A model generated the notes under the pieces. The model had not been told where the DNA came from, ran no database searches, and worked only from the letters and a program-made list of their open reading frames with translations. The translations under genes were made by a program, and so were the position numbers. From contig NC_043012.1 of NCBI RefSeq assembly GCF_006345805.1, positions 4,402,001 to 4,466,000 on the forward strand: a stretch of DNA of 64,000 nucleotides, written 5' to 3'. Source of the stretch: Octopus sinensis. Taxonomy: Eukaryota. This document shows positions 55,566-64,000 of this stretch, piece after piece. Position 1 is the first letter of the stretch. Every line of letters starts with the position of its first letter.

Positions 55566-55849
55566 GGACGAATGACCTGTTAGGGTCACTCCTAAATTGT
55601 TATATTTATATATTTAGTCGATGACTATTTTCTCTTTTCCACCAGGCCGCTGGTAGCGATAGATTCTATGAATTTTTTTGCTACCCTAAATTGACTAATT
55701 GATAATTTTCTGAATAATTCTGAGATTGAATCGGCAGTTTATATTTACTGCTGATAAGTTTGGCGCGAATACGTCAGTCTTGAAAATTTTAAGACAGATA
55801 TTCCGTAGGCATCGATACAGACGCCTCGTGTATATTTGTCTCTCCCAGG

Positions 55850-55951
55850 TTTTTTACTGATGAAGTGTAACCTATGGTAGATTGGCTTAATTTAATTTAA
55901 TTAAGCTAATTTAATCATTAATGACACAGAAACGTTGCAACGTCTAAAAGA
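55850..55951 (+). ncRNA. Type I hammerhead ribozyme motif (copy A)
   Basis: UUUUUUA-CUGAUGA(55857-55863)-A-GUGU...ACAC-A-GAAA(55929-55932)-CGUUGCAAC-GUC(55942-55944)-UAAAAGA. Stem I, an extended stem II and a palindromic stem III all pair by eye. The 10.1-11.1 pair is A.A rather than G-C. Confidence 0.78.
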
Positions 55952-56321
55952 TGAATTAGGGTAAATGTTTTTAAATTTTCACCTAATTTCTGAATTACTA
56001 CTACTTGGCGGTGTGAGTTATGGCTGCTCTTTCTGGTGGACGAATGACCTGTTAGGGTCACTCCTAAATTGTTATATTTATATATTTAGTCGATGACTAT
56101 TTTCTCTTTTCCACCAGGCCGCTGGTAGCGATAGATTTCTATTGAATTTTTTTGCTACCCTAAATTGACTAATTGATAATTTTCTGAATATTCTGAGATT
56201 GAATCGGCAGTTTATATTTACTGCTGATAAGTTTGGCGCGAATACGTCAGTCTTGAAAATTTTAAGACAGATATTCCGTAGGCATCGATACAGACGCCTC
56301 GTGTATATTTGTCTCTCCAGG

Positions 56322-56422
56322 TTTTTTACTGATGAGTGTAACCTATGGTAGATTGGCTTAATTTAATTTAATTAAGCTAATTTAATCATTAATGACACAG
56401 AAACGTTGCAACGTCTAAAAGA
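56322..56422 (+). ncRNA. Type I hammerhead ribozyme motif (copy B)
   Basis: Same motif one unit downstream: CUGAUGA at 56329-56335, GAAA at 56400-56403, GUC at 56413-56415. One A is missing after CUGAUGA. Confidence 0.75.
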
Positions 56423-56814
56423 TGAATTAGGGTAAATGTTTTTAAATTTTCACCTAATTTCTGAATTACTACTACTTGGCGGTGTGAGTTATGGCTGCTC
56501 TTTCTGGTGGACGAATGACCTGTTAGGGTCACTCCTAAATTGTTATATGTATGTATATATATATATATATATATAATATTGTATATATATATATATGTAT
56601 ATGTATATATATATGTGTATATATAATATTTATATATGTATATATATATATAATATATGATATATATAACATATATATATATGTATATAATATATATAAT
56701 ATATGATATATATTTATATATATGTATATAATATATATAATATATGATATATATATATAATATATATATATATATTTATACATACATACATACATACATA
56801 CATACATACATACA

Positions 56815-56850
<36 letters not shown>

Positions 56851-57047
56851 CAACCAAGTGAACTACGTTGCGTAGAAACAATTGTAGAGATTACAAATAA
56901 ATGTTCCTTTGTACTCTTTCTTGTTGACTCCAGCTTATTCAATTATCCATTCACACACTACAGAAACTCCAACGCAAATCTGGCAATACGCCTGGGAACA
57001 GGGTAAGTCGATTATATCGACCCCAGTCAGTGTTCAACTGATACCTA

Positions 57048-57555
57048 CTGACCCATATTGGAATACGGGATTCAAGCCTCTTCTCCTTATCTCCTCAAAG
57101 ACATACAGCATCTCGAAAGAGTCTAGAAGCTGGCTACCCGCATGGTTCATGGTCTCAAAAATTTGTCCTATGAAGAAAGGCTGAGGACGCTCGACCTTTA
57201 TTCTCTAGAAAAACGCCGCCGCCGTGGTGATCTCATTCTCGCCCACAGCATCATAAGCGGAAAGTGTAACCTCTTGAAAGAGCTGTTCTTCACTCCTGCT
57301 CCAGAGCGTCGGCTGCGGGGTCATTCCGAAAAGCTATACCTGCGACGATTTCATCTCAATCGAAGGAGAGGAGCTTTCTCCGTCCGGGTTGCGGATCCGT
57401 GGAACAAGCTGCCAGACGAGATGGTGAAGATGCCGACGACCGCTTTGTTCAAAGCCTCCCTTGACCTCAAGTGGCCGAACTCTTTACATGAACACCACCC
57501 TGTACTTAACTCCATGTCCCCCTACATGGCCTTGCTATTTGCTTTTGAGCCAAAT

Positions 57556-57591
<36 letters not shown>
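57048..57591 (+). mobile_element. CR1-like LINE 3' fragment
   Basis: PILEYG...[41 protein letters not shown]...LRGH...FSVRVADPWNKLP, followed by an (AACT)n tail. Confidence 0.9.
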
Positions 57592-57854
57592 ACTGGGTGA
57601 AATCTGAAAGTGGACGTGTTTTGCACTGTACTCTACTACGTACTTAACAGAATATAATCTAACTACACATACACACACACACATAAACATATATACACAC
57701 ACACACATACACATACTTAAATAGCCAGTACAATCAGACTCTAATAAAAATGATAGTCACTTTATGAGAAACCATCTGTTATTCTGTTGGAAAAGGAAAT
57801 CTAAGACAGAAAGATATATGATACATGCATTGATGTTTACATGTAGACCATACA

Positions 57855-57907
<53 letters not shown>

Positions 57908-57970
57908 ATAACATACAACATATCTATATATCTATACTGTAATTATATGAAATTGTTACCACAGAAGATT

Positions 57971-58220
57971 TCAATTATTCCTCCTGATAGCTCTTATTCG
58001 GAATGGTTTTGGTTTATGTAGTAGAAGGTATTCTAATTCACCCTCCATGTGAAACGGCATTTTATTGTCTGCTGGTCGAATATTCATGCGATGTAGGATA
58101 TGTGTGAAATAGAGAAAGAGATTAAGAGTTGCCAGTGATTCTCCGGGGCATTCTCGAACACCAATGCCGAATGGTAAGAAGCAGTCTGGAATGGATATGG
58201 TTTTCTCATCTTTCAGGAAT
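57971..58220 (-). CDS. Cytochrome P450, last exon (haem-binding)
   Basis: FLKDEKTISIPDCFLPFGIGVRECPGESLATLNLFLYFTHILHRMNIRP...IRRNN*, containing FxxGxRxCxG. Acceptor TTCAG at 58221-58222, TGA at 57973-57971. Not in the supplied ORF track. Confidence 0.95.
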
Positions 58221-58605
58221 CTGAAAATATACGTTATGACTATATTTAAAAAGATAAATGCATTAATTTAAAAAAGAAAACACTAAAATTTCGAAGGGTT
58301 TTTCAGACGAATGGAAGGGTGGTGGGTAGAAACAAGGATTATGGGTAATTGAAGAAGGAATCAGACCAGAGACTTGATTCAAATGCTTGCAGCAGAATGG
58401 AGTTTGCTAAAGGTAACCAAGAGCCAGGTAATGGTGTTAAACCACATGACAGATTAATGCTATTAGTTAAATAATTACTACAGTCATGGAGTGAGAAAAA
58501 TGGAATAAATTTCTTCATAACTCGAGGACTTTGTTGGATGAAAAAAAGATTGCAAGAAAATACGAGTAATATTGTCGAGGTTCATAAAGAAGCTAGAAGA
58601 GCATT

Positions 58606-59121
58606 ATGGGAACATACACCATGAACAATGGTTGCCCACCGATGGATTCTGAGGCTGCGGCTGGGAAGGAGGGACTCCCGGATAAGTTGGAGGAACCCCA
58701 TCCTCCCGTCGAGAAGAGAAAAAAAAGAAGAAGAGAAAAAAATGGGACATTACTGGCAGTTGACGATCAACTGCCAGCATGCTCCGAAACTCTGTCGGTG
58801 GGAAGTGTACCACCGACAGAGGGAGCAGTGGCCCCTCCCAGAAGGAGGATAGATAAGTTTGTCATACTCTTTCGGAAGGGAGGGGCGATAGAAAGCTTCC
58901 TAAGGAAGCGAGAAGGTTGGACGGAGGAGCCCTTAGCCTGGACTGAAAACCCGAATTGTCCTTCGCAGGTGACTGCGAAGGTCATATCGGAGGTTAACAT
59001 GTCCAGGGTGTTGGGCTTCTTTACGAAGGACTTGTTTATAGTCGATTTTTGGGACCCCGACCGGGATCCGGAGCAGTACCTATGGGCAGCTCACAGCCTG
59101 GTCGGGGGCGAAGAAGAATAG
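58606..59121 (+). mobile_element. Orphan 171-aa ORF within a LINE-like element (possible ORF1 C-terminus)
   Basis: GC-rich open frame with a basic cluster (KRKKRRR), followed by a UTR-like tail ending in AATAAA at 59368. No RT is encoded. Confidence 0.45.
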
Positions 59122-59520
59122 GCTTAGCACCGAAATATGTAAACTTATATTTGTAGATTAATATTGTTGTGATTTTTGTAAGAGATTCACTGCCTCATGT
59201 AATGATTTGTTAAAGAACAATGTTATAGAGAAGCAGAGGGTCGGCGGGCGCTTTCTGTCTTCTCCCATCCTTATCATTCTCGTATCATTATCATTCATTT
59301 CATTAATGTCTTGTTCAGCCCGCAAAGCTACCTAATCGATGTACTGTCTAGATGACAAATATAATGAAATAAAGTAGCTTGCTTGCCAACCACATGGTTC
59401 CGGGTTCAGTCCCACTGCGTGGCACCTTGGGCAAGTGTCTTCTACTATAGTCTCGGGCCGACCAAAACCTTGTTAGTGGATTTGGTAGACGGAAACTAAA
59501 AGAAGCCCGTCGTATATATG

Positions 59521-59551
<31 letters not shown>

Positions 59552-59781
59552 GTTTATGTGTCTCTGCTTGTCCCTCCAACATCGTTTGACAACCGATGCT
59601 AGTGTGTCTACGTCCCCGTAACGTAGCAGTTCGGCAAAAGAGACCGATAGAATAAGTACTAGGCTTACAAAGAATAAGTCCTGGGGTCGATTTGCTCGAG
59701 TAAAGGCGGTGCTCCAGCATGGCCGTAATCAGATGACTGAAACAAGTAAAAGAATAAAAAGAATATAGAATTGAGTTATAC

Positions 59782-59881
59782 CTTGTTGGGTCGAATTTTT
59801 TGGGGTTTTTCCAGTATCTTGTATCATAGTGAAGACTCCAAACATTGCAGAGGATCCAGGTGTCTTTGGGAATATCATAAC
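59782..59881 (-). CDS. Cytochrome P450, penultimate exon
   Basis: (G)YDIPKDTWILCNVWSLHYDTRYWKNPKKFDPT(R), giving a PERF-like FDPTRF. 100 nt, phase 1 to 2. Confidence 0.95.
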
Positions 59882-60800
59882 CTATTGAAAGGGATTTGTA
59901 ATCATATAAAGATATATGAATTGTGATATCCTTATAAGGAAACATCATTGTAAATTTATTACATGATAAAATTAAGTCAGACCATCTACGTCTATTTTGG
60001 TCTCAAATTTATATTGGTCTCAAATTAAGTCAGACCGTCTGTGTCTATATTGGTCTCAAATTTTGGCATAAGGCCAGCAATTTAGGGGAATGGGGTAAGT
60101 CGATTATATCGACCCCAGTCAGTGTTCAACTGATACCTAATTTATTAACCCCGAAAGGATGAAAGGCTAAGTCAACTTCGGCAGAATTTGAACTCAGAAC
60201 GTAAAGACGGACGAAATGCCGCTGAAAAATTTCGCTCGGCGTACGAACGATTGTGCCAGTTCGCCACCTTATCGTGTGTCTATAGTGTTAAGAAATATAT
60301 GAATACTTCTCATTTGAGAGCGGGATACTAGAGAGGAACCTCAGAAGCTGAGTAAAATAATATCTCTTATGGCTTCAAAAGAAATGAATATAAGCGAGTC
60401 ATGCAAGTATTTCATTCCTAACTTTATATCTTAAGGGGCTCTTGCCACGAAATAGTGCTATTTTTAATTGAAATATAGACAAGCTTTGAGTAAAGATCAA
60501 ATCCTTTACTGAAATGGTGAGGATAATGGTGATAATAACAATAACAATAAAAACAACATCGATAATAATGAATTGACCGCTAAAAAAGTGTTTGACAGTT
60601 TTTTTCCATAGCTGGCTTGAGAAATGCTTGGAAATACACAAATCTTTCCAGTTATTGGTAATGTTCTGTCAATAGCACAAAGCACTGGGAAACAACTCTG
60701 ATATTGAATTCAAAGGCAGGCACTATGAATGCTGTTGACAGTCAAGTACTGGGGTGGATGCATTTGACTTGCTCTCCAACACCCCTCAAAATTGCTGGCC

Positions 60801-60855
<55 letters not shown>

Positions 60856-60887
60856 CATCATCATCATCATCATCATCATCATTATAA

Positions 60888-60934
<47 letters not shown>

Positions 60935-60937
<3 letters not shown>

Positions 60938-61228
60938 TAGTTTTATTTTTATAGCGTGCTTTCACTTCACTACCGAGCGCAGCTCTGTGTGCCTTGGGTA
61001 TGTGCTGTGATTTGTTGTGATGCTCTGATGGTTATTGTATGGAAAGTGTTCTGCGTAGGATGTGTGCAGTGCCTAGTAGTGCAATTTTCTGTATGTTATA
61101 TGTGTTTGTAAGTCCTGGTGTTTTTGTTATGAATATTTTTTGTCTGAATATTTTTTTATCATGCCTAATGCACCTACTATGATAGGAATTGTTTCTGTTT
61201 TTAGATTCCACATTCTGGTTACCTCTAT
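60935..61228 (-). mobile_element. Second R4/Dong-like 3' end, in (TAA)n
   Basis: Near-identical to 27464-27760. Encodes ...IQKIALLGTAHILRRTLSIQ*. (TAT)n on both sides. Confidence 0.82.
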
Positions 61229-61234
61229 CGATTA

Positions 61235-61267
<33 letters not shown>

Positions 61268-61500
61268 GGTGGCGAGCTGGTAGAATCGTTAGCACCCCGG
61301 AAGAAATACTTAGCTGTATTTCGCCTGTTGCTACGTCCTGAGTTCAAATTCCTCCGTGGTCGACTTTGCCTTTATCCTTTCGGGGTTCGATAAATTAAGT
61401 ACCAGTTACACACTGGGGTCGTTGTAATCGACTAGTCCCGTCCCCCAAAATTTCAGGCCCTGTGCCTATAGTAGAAAGGATCATCATCACCATTATTATT

Positions 61501-61535
<35 letters not shown>

Positions 61536-61543
61536 TATCTTAC

Positions 61544-62338
61544 CTTGCAATACTGTATTTTTAACTGCTTGATGTGGGTAGAGAAATGGCATTACTGAGG
61601 CCATTCTGTGAGCTTCACATATGGTAGCAAGTGTATAAGGCAACTTAGGCTGCTCGGCAAGACTTGGGTTGTTTTCTCTTCCAACGACTTTATCTAATTC
61701 CTCCTGCACTTGTGACTGTATACTGGGGTACATTGCCATGTACCCAAGAAGCCATGTCAAACAAACAGCAGTCGATTCAAACCCACTGCCTGAAATCTCC
61801 AGTAGAATATTCTCCATGTCAGAACTAGCAAACAAACCTTTGTCATCACCGTTTTCGACATAGACAAGTAGCTGGTCAGTCAAATCCCTCAGAACACAAG
61901 GATTAAAAGTATCTTTGTGGAAGTTGATGAGTTTCCTTTGGTATTCGTGCTGGAGACGCATTCTCTCTTTGATTTGCTTGAAGCGTAAGTTTTCCAAGAA
62001 AGATGGCAAAGGGAAAATATCGGGAAATGTCTGTTTCAGACATTTTGCTCGAAGAGTGAGCGACTTGAGAATCTCTTGGAAATTGGTGTCTTTCTCATCG
62101 TTGCGGTGCCACTGGCTGAATATTATGGACAGGGTAACATTTAGAAATGAAGGATAAAGAAGATTGAAAGGATTAAAGGGAGCCTTTTCTCTTATGAATT
62201 TCTGTAAGACATCCTGAACTTCACTGCCAATCTTCATCTCCGTATCATATTCCAGACAATATGTGCCATCGACCATACAGTCTTGCAAGAAATCACGCTT
62301 TTGTTCCAGTTTATCATCATAATCAGCCGTTATGAAAC
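61544..62338 (-). CDS. Cytochrome P450 (clan 2, CYP1/CYP17-like), large internal exon; upstream exons outside window
   Basis: I-helix EISGSGFESTAVCLTW, K-helix EAHR, PFLYPHQA. Acceptor TTAG at 62339-62340, donor G|GTAAG at 61543. 795 nt, phase 1 to 1. Confidence 0.93.
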
Positions 62339-62367
62339 CTAAACAAGAAAAACAAAAATTATTTATA

Positions 62368-62412
<45 letters not shown>

Positions 62413-63162
62413 AAGAAATAACAGAATCGTTAGCATGCTGGGCGAAATGCTTAGCGGAATTTCGTCCGTCGCCACATTCTGAGTTCAAATTCCGCCGATG
62501 TTTGACTTTGCTTTTCATCCTTTCGGGGCCAATAAATTAAGTGCCAGTGAAGTTGTTTGTTCCTTCTCGAGCCACGCCTAGCTCACAAGGGCTGGTTTCC
62601 CAGTTTCCTTGGCGTTTAGGTTCCCCACCTGGACGGGACGCCGGTCCGTTGCAGATGAGCTGCAAGATGCAGGAGGAAAGAGTGAGAGAATGTTGTGGCG
62701 AAAGAGTCAGCAGAAGTTCGCCATTACCTTCTGCCGGAGCCGCGTGGAGCTTAGGTGTTTCGTTCATAAACACACACATCGCCCGGTCTGAGATTTGAAC
62801 CCGCGATCCCTCGACCGCGAGTCCGCTGCTCTAACCACTAGGCCATGTGCCTCCACTCCAGTCAAGTACTTCCCTCAAATTTTAGGCTTTGTGCCTAAAA
62901 TAGAAAGGATTCTTCTTCTTCTTCTTCTTCTTCTTCTTCTTCTTCTCTTCTTCTTCTTCTTCTTCTTCTTCTTCTTCTTTTTTCTCTTCTTCTATTCTCT
63001 TTCTTTTCTTCTTCTCTTCTTCTTCTTCTTCTTCTTCTTCTTAAGGTAGCCTGCTGGTACAATTGTTAGCATACCAGACAAAATGCTTAGTGGGATTTTG
63101 TCTGTCTTTACATTCTGGGTTCAAGTTTCACCAATGTCAGCTTTGCCTTTCATCCTTTTGAG

Positions 63163-64000
63163 GTGGCCAATGTGTTTATCGTATCGGTCATCATCTATCG
63201 CCTAACCATAATTCCTTGTCTGGATTCGTGGTTGAGCAAGTTGGAAAGACAGATCTTCCGCTTCTTGTGGAAGGGCTCGACTCCACTTGTGAGACGTTCT
63301 ATTTGCTGTCAAAAACCATTAAAGGGTGGATTAGGGATGCCTTGGCTGTTGATGTGCAAATATGCGCTGAGGTTGAAGCATCTTTGGATCCTCCTGGATG
63401 GCGAACGGATGTGGTCTTCGTTGGCGAAACGCATGTTTCTCAGGTTCACTAGTTTCGGTGGATGGGAAAACTGGTTTCATCGAAGATCAAAGTTGGGTAC
63501 TTGGTACACGGAGTGTCGTAAGGCTCTCCCGCTTTTCCGTCGCTCGCGGTTTTGGTACATCTTTTTATAGTCGGTTGGTAGATTCTAGATGTGACGATAC
63601 CCTAAGGGAGATCCTGGGTCTCGACGATAATCAACTGGACAGTCTGTTCCAACGGAAATTCGGGCCGAAGACACTGGATAACTTCAAAAAGTCTCTGGCT
63701 TGGTAATGTTACCGAGGAGCCTTACCCGTTCGGGATAAGCTTACTAGACACGGTTATCCCGGTCCATCGGCCTTTCCAAGATGCGAGCAGGAGAGGGAAA
63801 CCGTCCTGTATGCTATTGTCCAGTGTCCGGATGTGTCAGAATTGTGGGCTTATGTAGAACACCTGTTGTCCGATACAAGAAGAGTACAGCCGTCGTTTGA
63901 GTCAATTCTAAAAATTGACCCACCTGCTTTCCTAACGAAAGAAGGCAAGAATTGTTTCTCGTGGTAGTAGCAATTGCGAGAGAGGTGATATGGAAGTCGC
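63163..64000 (+). mobile_element. L1/Tx1-clade LINE ORF2 C-terminal fragment (degenerate)
   Basis: FRFLWKG...GGLGMP, then SLAW*CYRGALPVRDKL...RCEQERETVLYAIVQCP, a zf-RVT-like region. Stops are present. Confidence 0.85.

Larger units (their letters stand above)
55566..56547 (+). repeat. ~472-bp tandem repeat, about 2.1 units (retrozyme-like)
   Basis: Unit start GGACGAATGACC at 55566, 56038 and 56509. Copies differ only by single-base indels. Confidence 0.95.

Noticed and set aside
59496-59948. 150-aa ORF and 61395-62288 297-aa ORF as complete genes
   Set aside because: Each is a P450 exon read through into intronic SINE or microsatellite; true boundaries are given in the features.

Overview
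AT-rich, microsatellite- and SINE-laden animal genomic DNA. The repeat families suggest Octopus or another coleoid cephalopod (inferred, not searched). Three intron-split genes can be reconstructed by hand, all on the minus strand and all with phase-consistent GT-AG junctions. (1) Peptidylglycine alpha-hydroxylating monooxygenase (PHM/PAM): 10 coding exons, 29863->1656, 266 aa in the window, 3' end outside. (2) A two-exon YqaJ/lambda-exonuclease-family nuclease gene, 44258->38740, about 293 aa. (3) The last three exons of a clan-2 cytochrome P450, 62338->57971. The rest is SINEs, CR1-, Tx1-, R4/Dong- and Penelope-like retroelement fragments, Tc1/mariner remnants, MITEs and simple repeats, with a 100-N gap at 37316-37415. 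Most entries in the ORF track are microsatellite noise. The standout is a ~472-bp tandem plus inverted repeat at 55117-56547 in which every unit carries a type I hammerhead-ribozyme motif, the architecture of a metazoan non-LTR retrozyme. All calls come from reading the sequence by eye; no alignment, folding or database search was run, and repeat boundaries are approximate.
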